DNA from: the human T2T-CHM13v2.0 reference genome, Homo sapiens
Assembly (NCBI RefSeq): GCF_009914755.1
Contig: NC_060932.1
DNA length: 64,000 nt
Reading direction: 5' to 3' (one strand)
Of the stretch, positions 28,480 through 42,511 are shown one piece after another. The first letter of the stretch is position 1; every line of letters begins with the position of its first letter. The notes beneath the pieces are model-generated. The model did no database searches. It worked only from the letters and a program-made list of their open reading frames with translations, and was not told the DNA's origin. The translations under genes and the position numbers were made by a program.

Positions 28480-30170
28480 ACAATAAATTAATATACAAAA
28501 ACCAACTGAACTTCCATATACTAGCAACAAATAAATCAAAAAAGACATTGAAAAACATGTAATTTACAAAATGTGTATGCTTGGGAATGAATATAACCGA
28601 AGTTGTGTATGACCTCTACACTGAAAACTCTAACGTATTATTGTGATGAATTAAGGAAAATCTATATTAATGCAGAGATATGCCAGGTTCATGGGTCACA
28701 GACTTGATAATCTAAAGATTTACATTTTATGCACATTGACCTAGTGACAATACAATCACAATCAACATCCTAGCAGCTTAGATACTAAAATGCAAAGGAG
28801 CAAGAATAACCAAGACCATTTGGTGAAGAACTAAGCTGGAGGGTGTATATCAGCAGACAGCAAGACTTAATGGTAACTAAAACAATGTGGTATTGATACA
28901 GGTAAATAAATTGACCAATGGAACCAAATAGAATTCAGAAACAAACCCAAATATATAAGATCACTTGATTTATGAAAAAGGAGACATGGCAGGCAAGTGA
29001 GACAAAAAAGTGCTGCTGGGTCAACCAGGATCCATTGAGGAAAAAGTAAATATTGACTCCTACTTCCTACCACACACGAATATTTCCAGATGATTGTAGA
29101 TACAAATGCAAAAGGTTAACACCCTAAAGCATCTAGAAGAAAACCAAGGATAATATCTTCTTGACCTTTGGATAGGCAAAAATTTCTTGGCCAGGTCATT
29201 AAAAAAGCACTATTCTAGAGGAAAAATATTAATAAATTAAGAATTTTTCTTCATCAAAGGTCTCAACTTGGAATGAAAAGGCATGCCATAGAATAGAAGG
29301 AGATATCTACAATACACACACCTGACAAAGTACTCATATCAGAACATAGAAAACAATTCTCGTAAATCTCTAATAGAAAAACAGAAACCAAATTTAAAAT
29401 GAGCAAAAGATTTGAACAGGCTAGGACATGCTAATGGACAAAAATAGGACATGCTAATGGACAAAAATATATAAAAAGGTATACTCACTGTGAGTACTGA
29501 TTAGGAAAATGTAAGTTAAAATCATAATTAAATACCTACCGCTAGGCCACTATTCAATGGTAAAATGAAAAAGTCTGATAATACCAAGTGCTGGTGAGGA
29601 TGTGAAGCAAGTGAAACTCTCATACACCACTGGAGGGAGTGCAGACATGCTCAGCCACACTATGAAAATGTTTGGCTGTGTCTATCCAAGTTGAACACAA
29701 GCCCAGCAATCCCACTCGTAGAGGTACACCTGGCAGAAATGGCCACATGTGTTCACTTAAAGACCTAGCAGTTTTGTGCGTAAGAGTCCCAGACTCAAAA
29801 TATCCGGAGACCTAAATGCCTATGCACAGTAGAATGAATGGGCTGGGGTTCATGTGTAGAGGGGATCCCAGGGAGCAACGGGCACGAATGACAGCACTGC
29901 TGCTACAATCACAACATGGACCAGTTTCACAAAGGACACGTTCTGTGCAATTCCATTCAGTAAGATGTTTAAAAAGAGGTAAAAATTATGGTGTCAGGAT
30001 GGGGAGCAGTAGGGATTAGCAGAGGAAGACAAGGGGTTTCCGGGGGGTACTTTTAATGTTCTCTCTTGACTAGGCTTCTATGTATATGAAAAATTTGCAA
30101 ACTTGTCTAGTTGTTCACCTATGGTTTGTGCACACCTCTGCATGTATATTATACTTCAATACATTGATTT
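28480..30170 (+). mobile_element. Old L1 (L1M-type) ORF2 3' part and 3' UTR, decayed
   Basis: A-rich L1 motifs (gaccaatggaacc, ccaagtgctggtgaggatgtgaagcaa, cccagcaatcccactc); no intact ORF. Confidence 0.8.
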
Positions 30171-30581
30171 TAAAAGATTATCACAATAATCCTACGAGGT
30201 GGTTCTTTCTGCCCAATTTACCAATCAGGAAACATGTCTCAGAGAGGACAAGAAAGGTGTTCGGTGCCGGTCACTTGGAAATGAGAGGCAGAGCTAGAAT
30301 TCAAGCCCACACTATATGAGTTCCTAAACACCATCTCCTGACTTTACATGGAGTAAAGTCCACCCTTTCACGGGGCCCAGCTCCTCACTGGAGCTTCGTG
30401 CCCTGGAAGGCAGGGACTCTAAACTCCCACATCTTTGCTGTCAGCACAGGGCTGGACACTGCTGCTCAGCAGATGCTCAGCAAGAAGTAAAAGGTGAAAG
30501 TAAAATGTAAACCCTTGCCCACCTCGTTCTTTCGCTCCCACCCTCAACTCTCTTTCCCTTCCTGGCTCTACAGAGGGTCTA

Positions 30582-31003
<422 letters not shown>

Positions 31004-33258
31004 GGTTCCTGGCTTCTTCCCCTTCCCTAGCCCAGCCCACCTGCAGATGGGCCACCCCCAAGCAGAGGGTGGGGTCCTCCACTCCTTTGCTGGGGATGGG
31101 GAATCCCGACTGTGGGTCTGCCCAGCCCCCACCTCCTGCCTCTCCCTGCCCCAGGTGCAATCCTGTCTCCTGCTCCGTCTCAGCCTCACAAGCTCCTTCT
31201 CCTTCTCAAAGAGGAGTGAAGCTTTCCTGGTGTTGTCAGCTCAGCCGAGCAGAGCTTGTCTTCCCACTCTCTCCCTCCCTCCCCCACACAGCTGGGGGAT
31301 TCTGAAATCACCGCCTCGCTGCAGAATCAAGACCTGGATGTTGTCAGGAGCCTCTGCAAAGGCTGACTGCCAGCATCCCACGTCTCAGGAAGTGGGTGGC
31401 CACTGCTCAGGAGAAGCTGCCTGGAGACAGCCTCCCTCCCTCGCCATCACCTCTGGCCAGAGGCGATGCGCAAGTGGAAACAGCAGTGCCCAGTCCAGGG
31501 CGGGGAGGACACAGCTTCCTCTTGGGCTTCCATTCACTGCATGTGTCCTGTGCACTAGGTATGGGACGATGTACGACACACACATGATCTGGTGCCTGCC
31601 TCACCCCAACCCCAAGAGGGTGCACTGTTACTACCCCAACTGATGGATGCAAAAAAATGATGCCTCAGGTTTTATATCTGGCCAGTGGCAGTACCTGGCT
31701 TCAAACCTAGGTTGCGGTCAACAGCCGTCTAGCAATACACACGCACAGGCATCGAGCACATGGCTCTCCCACCACTGGGGCCCCTGGCACCCCTCTCCCC
31801 ACAGCTTCCCTGCTCCTCTAGAACTCACCCCAACTCTGCGCCCAACCTGCCCCTCCTCTGCCTCCCCTGCGTCTTCCAACCCTCCCCTCTGGGTTCAGGT
31901 AATCCCTTCATTTAATCCTCTTCCCCCAAGTCTTGGGCCACTACTTCCATTTCCTTGTCTGTAAACTGGAGCTATGGGTAGTACCCACCTCATAGGGTTT
32001 TGGTAAGTATTGAGTAAAATTTTATTTGTAAAAGAAGGATATAATTAAGAGCTTAAAAATAGCAGCTGGTTTTTTTTTTTTTTTTTTTTTTTAGACATAT
32101 GGGACTTGGTGACTTAAGACACAGTGGGATTGCTTGGCCTCAAACTCTTTTTACATTTGTTTCCAACTTCACAAGGCCGTGGGCTCTATTTCTTCTGGCT
32201 GCTTATCTAAAGAACTCACAGCAATTCCATTTCGGGCCTTTAGAGATTAGATTTAGGAAAACAGATTTGTAATCATGTATCAATTGTTTGCAGGAATTGC
32301 TCTTAAAGTGCTTGGAAGTCACCGATCTAACCAACGGACAAAAAATTTCCTGAGGACAGACCCTCCCCTCTGGAGGCCTCCTTCTATCATTGGGTATGGA
32401 TGTAACAGGTTTGCCTGCAAAGGCTGAGCCTTCCCTGATCCTTAGAAGTGGGCCAGGCAGACAAGCGGCTGATCGTGGGGGTCCTCCTGCCACTTCCTCC
32501 TGCAGAGTTCTGTCCTGCTCCCTCAGAAGCTCAGGTCTGGGCAAGACCCTGAGACCAGCACTGCAATTAAACCACATCCACAATTGGCAGCTGCCAGAAG
32601 ATCCCCACCCACCTCCTGGTCCCTCAACTGCTCCAGGGTCAGGCAATGGAGCACAGTTCTCAGCTGCTGGCAGGAAAGCAGGGAGGGCTCTGGGTTTGTG
32701 TGGCCATTTCCTCTTGTCTCCTGTCCTGGGACCTCCCTAAGACCCTCCTGGGTGGAGGCTTATTAAGCAGGGACCCTATCGCAGCACCATGATTTTCAAC
32801 TCTTGGCAGGCTTCCCTAAAAGCATTTTATGCCAATGCGACTGAGGCTAATTCCAGGCTGCCTGAGTTTAACAAGCTCCCCATCTCTCATCAGCTCCTGA
32901 CTCCCCGAAGCAAGGTCAAGTGGGAGTTTAATAGCTGTTCCTGGGACTGTGCAGAGGGCAGCCCTTTGAACTCAGTGTCTCAATCCCACAGGTGGGAGGT
33001 TCCCACCACTGCGTAATTTCGAGAGGGAGGGCCGAGACTGCCTGGGGGGAAGTCCCATGGCTACCTGGTTCGAGGCAGCTCTTTGATATCTCCTGGAGCA
33101 CTCCTGGTCCTAGAACCAGACAGCTCTCAACTGAACTGACACAAGTAACAAACTCAGCATCCCCTCTCCTGGGCATTCCTACAAGCCATGCGAGCCCCGT
33201 GTTGGTGGAGACACTGCCTTCTCCACCGCAGACACCAACAAGTTAGAATGGAGAAACT

Positions 33259-33348
33259 GTCTATGGCCCTACCACTCTGAACACGCCGGATGTCATCTCA
33301 TCTCGGAAGCTAAGCAGGGTCGGGCCTGCTTAGGACTTGGGTGGGAGA
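33259..33348 (+). pseudogene. 3'-truncated (tailless) 5S rRNA retropseudogene
   Basis: Matches 5S rRNA nt 1-90 (GTCTAyGGCC...TCTCGGAAGCTAAGCAGGGTCGGGCCTG...GGGAGA); flanked by TSD AGAATGGAGAAA(C/T)T at 33245-33258 and 33346-33359. Confidence 0.93.
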
Positions 33349-34509
33349 ATGGAGAAATTGATGGACTTTTGACGATGCAGGTTTTAACATCAGATCTGAG
33401 CCCTAATAGCTGTGTGTCTCAGCTGTCTGGGCCACACCATTAACAGGGAAAAGTTTCCTCCACTTAAAGAAAGAAAAAGACAAAGAGGAGAAGGAAGGCA
33501 ATACGGAGCTCTCCTGGAAGGTACATTAAATCATTAAATGCCAGCCTGCCTGTTTCACGTAGGAGGACTCGTATATGTGTTCCTGGTAGGGAATGTGTGT
33601 CCAAAACACCAGCATCTTCTTCTCAGCCCACCCAGGCTGCCCCCATCTTGTTTAATGCCGTTTAGGCAGAATAACTATTTCTCCAATTTTCCAGTGCAGA
33701 ATTAGACTCTTTAACTTGACTTCTGCATTTTCCTATGTGAGACTCAGCCGGATGTATGTCCTCTCCCACGTGTACAACCCCCATAAACTGAACTAAGAGA
33801 GAAGTTTCATTTTATTTGTTTTTCTTTCTCTCCCTTTCCTGACCTTTTGTGCTACATAATCCAGAAAATGATCCAGATGGGAAAGACATTGGCTTTGAAG
33901 CAGGAGGAAGGAGGAAGGAAGAAAGGAAAGGAGAATAACCCCACTTCTGTCCAGCCACTGCCCTTGGGGAGAAATCTCCCTCCCCTAAAGTCTGTCCCAT
34001 GCACGGGCTTGAGATGGTATTGTGGGGTCCTTCCCGAGGGAGGACAGAAGCCCAGCTGACTTGGATGGCCTCCCAACCTTCTCCCCTCAGCTCCTCCACT
34101 CCTGCACCACATCTGGCATAAGCCAATCTGAGCATGACACCCACTTTCAGAGCTGAGTCCTGACCTCAGGACACTGAATGGTATCACAGCCGCCCATTCT
34201 ACATAACTTCATAGGCTTTCAATCTATTTTAACGTAGTCAGATTGACCACATAGATGGAGATCCAGAGTGATCAAGGTACCAACGACTCCTTCCCATACT
34301 GTTTCCAGTTAAACCGTCTCCCTTTGCCAGGGTAAACAGATAAGAGGGTAAGGAGGTAGCTCCGCAGGCAGCACAACCTGACCCTAAAGTTGTCCCTCCC
34401 TGACCCCCTGGACACCTGCCTCTACCAAGCACTCATGACCCTCCCACACAGGCAACTCAGTCTCATGCCTGGTTTCCTCCCTTTGGAACTGAGGGGAAGA
34501 GGGTGAGAC

Positions 34510-34950
34510 TAACATTAACTGAGCTTCTACTATGCTTCATGTGCTTTTACTTCTACTGGCCATATAATTTTCATAAAAATTCTATATGAGGCACAACACA
34601 TTTTACAAATGAGAAAATTGAGGCTCAGAGAGGCCAAGTGACTTGCCTGATGTCACATAGCTAACAGGTAGCAGAGCCAGGATCTCTCTCGCCATTGTTC
34701 CATCTGCGATTGAGCACCCTTTCTGCAGAAAGTAAAGATTGCCTTGCTGAGAGACCTTTTGTCTCCATGCTGACTTTTCTTCACGGCACCAATTACCTAT
34801 TTGTAACACATTTTACAAATGAGAAAATTGAGGCTCAGAGAGGCCAAGTGACTTGCCTGATGTCACACAGCTAACAGGTAGCAGAGCTAGGATCTGAACA
34901 CTGATCTATCTGATTTCCAAAATCATGGTTTTTTTTTGCCACTGTCCATT
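34510..34950 (-). mobile_element. MIR containing a 91-bp direct duplication and an LTR-like insert
   Basis: MIR core 'cattttacaaatgagaaaattgaggctcagagag...aagtgacttgcc' present twice. Confidence 0.75.
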
Positions 34951-36739
34951 CCCCAAACTTGGGCTCAGGATCAACACACAGGAAAAACCTCATGCCTTGT
35001 CTTTAGAACTTACCTGCTCTCTCCACCTGCTTCTGAGACTGCCAGCCAGGTGAGGGTGAGTTCCTCTGGGAGACCAGGGAAGCCTGACCTGGGTGGAGGT
35101 GTTTCCTGAGGAAGGCCCTGCCCCCAGGGGTCCCCTCTCTGGAAACCTCATGGGACACTGCTACAGCTTTGTCCCCTCCCTTGGCTTGCCAGGTTTTTAG
35201 AAGGCAAGATGAAAACGCCTGAGCGGGTACCAGGCTGAGGAATCTTCCAGAGGAAGGTGGGAGATGCTGTTCTGAGAGTTTCATGTCAGTAGGCAAAGGA
35301 ACCCCTGGCACCCAGTGTGTCTGAGATTGAGGGATGTCCCACCTCTTCTGCCCTGTCACTGACATCCCACCTGGCATCAGGACACGTATCTGCCTCCTGT
35401 CTGGAAATCTCTCCCTATGTAGTGTCGCTCTATGGATAGCTAGCCCTGCTGACTGGCACCCAGCAACCCTTCCGTTTTGTTTGGGTTTGGCTTAAGCTGT
35501 GCACATATGAGAGCGGCAGAGAACTTGCTTTTCAGTTTTGAAAGTACCGACTGTTAGCAACTGCGACCAGCACAGCCTTTGCTGTCACAGAACCCTTAGG
35601 ACAGAAAAGGCAGAGGAACAGACGGAAATAAGATGCCTCAAGCACTCAGAGAAACAAGACAGAAGAGTGGTGAGAAAAATACAGAGCGTTGTATCAGCTG
35701 TCACAAAAGTCCAGGGGCCCCTTTGATTGGGGTAGGGAGGAAAATCCACCAAGACTGAAAGCGTCTCTCTACTGCTGTGTTCTTGTATGCCCCCTGGGGC
35801 AAACCTGCCTACCATTGAGGTCTGAGGGCCTGATGAATTCTGCTGGCTCTTGAGTCCTCATCCACCAGCCCCACAGCACGTTAGTAGAAAGAGCCCTGAT
35901 GTGGACCATCGATCCTGGCTCTGCCATGTCCCTCAGCCATGGGACCCTGAGAAAGTTCCTTCCCCTCTCTGGGCCTCTATGTCTTCATCTACGTAAAAAA
36001 TAAAAGCCCTCTGTGATTTCTTTCAGGTCCAAAGCAGGGAGGTATTATCCATGTGTCCCATTAAATAAATAATCCTGGACCCAGCATCTTGACCTTGGAT
36101 TAGGAACTTCTCTCTCTTTGAAGCCTCGGTCACCCCAGATATTCCCCGGCTACAAGAGGTCTCTGGGAAACTGTGCTATCAACTAGGAGATACGAGATGA
36201 AGATAGGTATTCTAATAATGGTATTTCTAGAAAGAAGTCTCTCCACCCTTGAATCTATTCTATATTCCATTGCTAGATTCACTTTCTAAAACCAGGGTCT
36301 GCTCTAGGCCGCCCCTCTGCCTCTGACTTCAGTGGTTCCCTGCTGTCTACCAAATAGCATGCACTCTCCCCAGCTGAGTATGCAAGGTGGGTGTGCAAGC
36401 GCCTCCTCAATCTGACTCCAACGTGCCTTTCTAGAAAGGTTTCTTTCCCCACCACCTGCTCTTCCCTATCATGGCCACCCCTCCACTTCGTCTGCCTGGA
36501 AATCACACCCAGCCCTTGGGGCTCTTCTCCAGCTCTGTATCTTCCATGAAGACTCGGTGCTGATTCTGTTTTGTAGAATGATGTTTTTCTGGATGTTTTG
36601 TCTCACCCCCAATACCAGACAAGTGACTCGTTGTGGCAGGGTCTGTGGTTGCTCATCTTGCACCTGAGCATAGCACAGGGCTGGACATGAACCTAGCCTT
36701 CTGTGACTTTCAAAGGATGGAGCTGAAATAGAAAGAGAT

Positions 36740-37058
36740 GGAGCACAGTAGCTCACGCCTATAATCCCAGCACTTTGGGAGGTTGAACTGGGGAGATTTC
36801 TTGAAGCCAGGAGTTCAAAACCAGCCTGGGTAATGTAGCAAAACCTCATCTCTACAAAAAAATTTAAAAATGGGCCAGGTATGGTGATACCCACCTGTGG
36901 TCCCAGCTACCAGGGAGGCTGATGTGGGAGTCCAGGAGTTCGAGGCTGCAGTAAGCAGGGATTGCACCACTGCACTCCAGCCTGGACAACAGAGCATGAC
37001 TCTGCCTCAAAAAAACAAATAACAATAATAAATAAATAAAATAAAAAGAAAAAAGAAA
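36740..37058 (+). mobile_element. Alu (J-type)
   Basis: Diverged dimer with mixed A tail. Confidence 0.9.
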
Positions 37059-39772
37059 ATGGAAAGAACTGGGTTCCTGAGGTGTGAAATAAAAGTTCTT
37101 GGCAGTGAGTATTTGTGTGTGTGTAGGGGAGACAGGGAGAGGATATGGATAGAGTGGTTTTTAAGCATCCTTTCAACCCTGAGGTGTTGTGTTTGCATGT
37201 AGAGTATCTGAAGTTTTTTCAGCACAGGCTCTTTTGTGTCCTGACAAATCTTAGGACCCTAGAGTTGGAGGTCCTGTCTGCGGCTCTAGAATAGAAGTAA
37301 GTCCAACATCAAGAAAAAGTTTCTAAGTCAACAGATGTCCGAGGTACTGGTGGAAGCCCAGAGAAGCCAAATGCCTGGTGCTTCTAGTTTGATAGATGAA
37401 GAAATCCTGTCTTGGGAATAGCCACGCATCCTGCCCACACCTGCCCCACCAGCCACCAGCCGGCTGCACAGCCTTTGAGCAGGGCCAGCTGCGGGCCTGG
37501 CAAGGGGAGGAGCCGAAGGCAGCTGGGGAGTCCTTCCCAGGCCTCCTTCAGGGGCCGGCTCGCTTTACAGTGCAGGTGGAGGCTGGGGGCTCCGCCTGGC
37601 TCCTCTCATTTTCCCCACCTGCCTGCAGTGTGGTTTGTCTGCTGGGGCCACGGAGGCGTTGGGGCTGGGGGAATTTGATAGGCAAGGAGGGGGAGGCTGT
37701 CTCCTCAAGATGTGTGCACTGTCCAGTCCATGCTTCCCTCCCTCCTCCCCTTGCACTGTGGAAATGCCCTTTGGGGGTGGCGGGGAGCAGGGAAGAGCTC
37801 AAGCTGGAGTGTCTGAAGGTTGCAATAAATAAGGGAAGCTACCCTGAGTGTGTAGATTGTCCTTCTGGACCTCTGCTGGGGATGACCATGGGAGACAGAG
37901 GGGAGGGCAGACCCCACACAGGTACCTACAGACACCAGGCATGGGGCTGCCTCTCTGGAAGGTCAAGGGCAGCCTCAGGGCTCATCCCCATATCCCTCAA
38001 GAGTCTCCCCATCTCCCTAGCTAGGGAGGCTTCTGTTCTTGGCATTTTCCTATTATCTCCCCCAAGCAGAGTGTGGGAGGCAAGGAGCCTGGGTTGGGGG
38101 CCCCAAGAGGTCCCAAGCCAGCTTGGGATGGCATGAGTTCCCTTTCTAACCTCTCCCTGGGTGCCCAAACAAATGTTATCAGTGACTCAGGGAGCCTCCT
38201 GTCAAGGTCAGTCTGCCCTGCCTGACGCTGTCACTGCTGCCCGATGTGAGAACCGATTCTGCTTCCTACCTCCTGCCAGCCCCGGCACCATGCCTGGGCA
38301 TTGGGCAATGGATGAGCTATCAGGAGAGCCCATGTGCCAGGTGGAGATCACCCCCAGCCTTCTGCACAAGGACCACAGGTCTCTTAAGTTTCTGCTTTCC
38401 TGGCTGGTCTGTTCTGCAGTGTAACCCTTTCCCTCCCTGGAGTTTCCCACTGAGATTGCAGACCAAGCCCTGTAGATTCCCTTGTGATTCCATCTCCTCT
38501 TGCTTGCCTGGCTTTCCAATTTCTGTGGCCCTTGAGTGGCACAGAGAGATCTGAAGTGGCTGGGTAGAAAGAAGCACTGTGGGCCTTAGCGCCATCCATC
38601 TCTGCCATTTGGGACCGAGCCCTAGACCATTCCTAAGGCCTGGTGCTATATATCAGATGCGGGACACACATTCTCTTTCAAGGGGCTTATAACCTATGCT
38701 GGGAGGGAGGATAGAGATAAAAAGCTAAATATGAATACATGGGAACAAGTGCTCAAATGGGAGTGACAAGTACGTTATACACTGTAGAATTCAAGGAACA
38801 GGGAGTTCACAGAGGGCAGAACCCTTCTCTTCCCATGGCTAATGTCCTTTCCTGCCTCCAGACCAGGGGTGGGAAGACACTCAGTAGCAGGTGGACCCCT
38901 CTGTCTCCTCCCACTGAGCCAGGACCCACTCACCTATAATGCCCCCCCAATCCAGTGTCACTGGGGTCACCAGGGAAAGGTGCTGGCAAACCCCAGGCCT
39001 TGTTTCCCTGCCTCCTTCACGCTGTCTTCCCTCCTTCCCTCTCTCCCCTCTCCTTGCATGTCTATACTCAATTCTCCCTCTTTACAGCAGGAATATAATG
39101 TTCGGCTGCCTTACACCCACTCTCTGAATGCTGCCAGCGAATAATGACTAAGGTGGTGGGTGGAAGTACAGCAAGTTGAGACCAATTTAGCAGTCCATGG
39201 TGCCAAGAGGAGGGTGATTTAGCAGCAAATGGCTCTGCAGCAGCAAGAAGAGTGAAAATGTCCCCCAAGCCAACAGGCCAGGGAGCCAAGTGCACAGCCC
39301 TGCCCTGATGCCTTGGGCGGGGATGGCCTCAGCCACCTGAGAGGTTATTCCGTGAGGTCAGATTCATGCACAGGAATGGGAGGGTTTGAGAACAATGCCC
39401 ACTCCCAACCCCATCTCACCTCCACTTTCAACCTCCTTGAGGGGCCCCAGTTCTTGTACCCCTCTTAGGCTGAAAGTCTCACCTAGACTGGCCCATCCTC
39501 TTCCTCCAGAGGATCTGTAACTCTGATGGGTTCGTGGCCACCTAAAGACTGCCCCAGGCATGGCATCGGGGAGGGGGCTGTCTGAGCTCACCTCAGACCA
39601 TGCCACAGATTGGCCAGCCCAGGTAGGCAGAGGTGTGGATCTCCCGGGTCCTGACATCTTGGGAGTCTCTGAAGATTTGTGTAATGTGATGTACTTGGGC
39701 TTGTGAGTTTGGGTATCACAAGAAAGCACGTCTCAGAGGGAGAGACAATGAGAGTGGATGAATGAAATGGAT

Positions 39773-39830
39773 ACGTGTGTGTGCGTGTGTATGTGTGTAC
39801 GTGTGCGTGTGTGCATGTGTGTGCATGTGC
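39773..39830. repeat. Degenerate (TG)n
   Basis: Alternating purine-pyrimidine run. Confidence 0.8.
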
Positions 39831-40488
39831 TCTGGCACTGGCCTGAAGGCAGCCCTATCTTCTCCCACAATGATTAACTGACATGAAGCACATCTATTGG
39901 CGATCTCCATGGGGCAGCTCTTTGCTGTCTTTGTTCCAGGTGCTGGACGCAACCCACATCACATCTGTTCAGACACCGATTTGGCCTGTCACTTAGTAAG
40001 AAAAATCACCTCTCTGCTGGATTGATTAGATCAATTAGCTTTAGCTGTTAGCTAACACACACATTCCCTCTCTGCTTGTCTTCTGTCTCCGTCTTCCGCC
40101 TCCCTTCGCTCCCCTCCTTCCCACGATGCTCCATCCAATTCTCTTCTCCCCTGGGGGCAGCCTCCATGTGTGATTGCCCCTGAAGTCTGGTTTCCACAAA
40201 TTGCTTGAGCTACCAGTGAAGAGACTGCTATCCCATTTTAGTTCAGAACGTACTTGCTCATGGACAAGGTGGAAACACTGAAATATATTATGCAATTAAG
40301 GTTGGTATTCCAATGAAATGTCATTAATTCAAATTCTGTGGAGGCAACATTTGCTCTAATTTCAACATGGAGTGGACTAAACCTTTTGAATTGACAAGCT
40401 ATAAAGAAAGAACTGACATATGATAAATTTCATTCTCTAAAGCAAATGCCAAGTAGACATTCCATTATCCTAGCTACATCCTACTTTA

Positions 40489-40801
40489 TTGTGTTTGTTT
40501 GTTTGTTTGTTTGTTTTTGAGACAGAGTCTCGCTTTTTAGCCTAGGTTGCAGTGCAGTGGTGCGATCTCAGCTCACTATAACCTCCGCCTCCCGGGTTCA
40601 AGCAATTCTCCCGCCTCAGCCTCCTGAGTAGCTGGGACTACAGGCGTGCACCACCATGCCCAGCTAATTTTTTGTATTTTTAATAGAGATGGGATTTCGC
40701 CATGTTGACCAGGCTTGTCTGGAACTCCTGACCTCTGGTGATCGGCTCACCTTGGCCTCCTAAATTGCTGGGATTACAGGCATGAGCCATCACGCCAGGC
40801 C
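40489..40801 (-). mobile_element. Alu (S-type)
   Basis: (TTTG)n tail plus antisense dimer. Confidence 0.95.
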
Positions 40802-41043
40802 CTAGTTTATTGTTTATTGAGCTTAACATATATGCATCACAAGCACTTAGGGAAAAGGGAGATGGGGGGTGAAGTGAGCACAGAAAAACTGAGGAAGATT
40901 CGAATGCCCTCATCATGCTTGAATTACAATAAATACAAAAGTAACTGCATTCTTATAATTTTAAAAATCTCTTTTTCCTGCATATTAAACACTTGCCAAC
41001 AATTCGATGAGCCTAAATCCATTTAATTGGTGAACCCCAATGA

Positions 41044-41523
<480 letters not shown>

Positions 41524-41666
41524 TGAGGTGTAAATAATAATAATAATAATTTTATTCCACTTTTTAAAGTGTAAAGTCCTGTACAAGTAAAAAGCGCTAT
41601 TGAAATCACCATTAAGGAAGTCTAGGGATGGTGGAAGTCAGTGTCCAGCAGGAAGCAACAGTGTGA

Positions 41667-41979
41667 GGCTGGATGCGGTGGCTCACACCTAGAATCCCAA
41701 CACTCTGGGAAGCCAAAGTGGGAGGATCACTTGAGGCCAGGGGTTCAAGACCAGCCTGAGCAACATAGCGAGACCTTATTTCTACAAAAATTAAAAACAA
41801 TTAGCCAGGTGTGTTGGTATGCACTTGTGGTCCCAGCTACTTGGGAGTCTGAGGAGAGAGGACTGGGGATCACTTGAGCTTAGGAGGTCAAGATTGCAGT
41901 AAGCTGAGCCGTGATCACATCACTGCACTCCATCCTGAGAGAAACAGCAAGATCTTGTCTCTAAAAAACAAACAAAAAA
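41667..41979 (+). mobile_element. Alu (J-type)
   Basis: Diverged dimer; TSD-like cagtgtga. Confidence 0.92.
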
Positions 41980-42461
41980 CCAGTGTGAGAGACACAGGAT
42001 GAAAACTGCAGCAAAACAGAGGGCTTTGCCAAATGGCAAAAGGAGCTAACTAGCCGTAAGCTCACCAGCTATGCTCGACTGTAGCTGACACATCCCCATC
42101 AACTTCTCCAACCCTGGGAGGAGGGATCTGGAGGCTAATCTGCACGCTGGCTGGAGGCAGTGGTGAGAGGTGAGAGGTTGAAAACCTCCCATTTTTTATG
42201 CACCACCTCTGTTTGGTCTGGGTGGCTGGCCAAACCCAGCATAAGGAGGCAACAGGCTCTGGCTAAGGTTCTTGGAAGAGAGAGCCCTGTCTCCTCAGCT
42301 CTCAGCTTGCATCTTGGAGCCATGAACTTGGCTCCTGCTTCGCTGACTCCCTTCATACCCTCCTCAGGTTCAACTTCAAGGTTCAGTTCACAGCCACCTC
42401 CTCCCTGGTAAGGAAGGTTCTGGCTCACCTGCCTCCTGCTGAGAAACTGCTGTATTCAAAG

Positions 42462-42511
42462 TTAGTATTTTAATTGCAAAAACCACAATTACTTTTGCAG
42501 CAACCTAATAC
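42462..42511. mobile_element. MADE1 (mariner-derived) fragment
   Basis: gcaaaaaccacaattacttttgcagcaacctaata = Hsmar1/MADE1 TIR. Confidence 0.75.

Noticed and set aside
28480-30170. Active L1 ORF2
   Set aside because: Riddled with stops and deletions; no long ORF in the track
33259-33348. Functional 5S rRNA gene
   Set aside because: Lacks the last ~30 nt and terminator, has many substitutions, and is flanked by a TSD
37396-38136. 246-aa ORF
   Set aside because: No recognisable domain or splice context; antisense to the host gene; consistent with chance in GC-rich DNA
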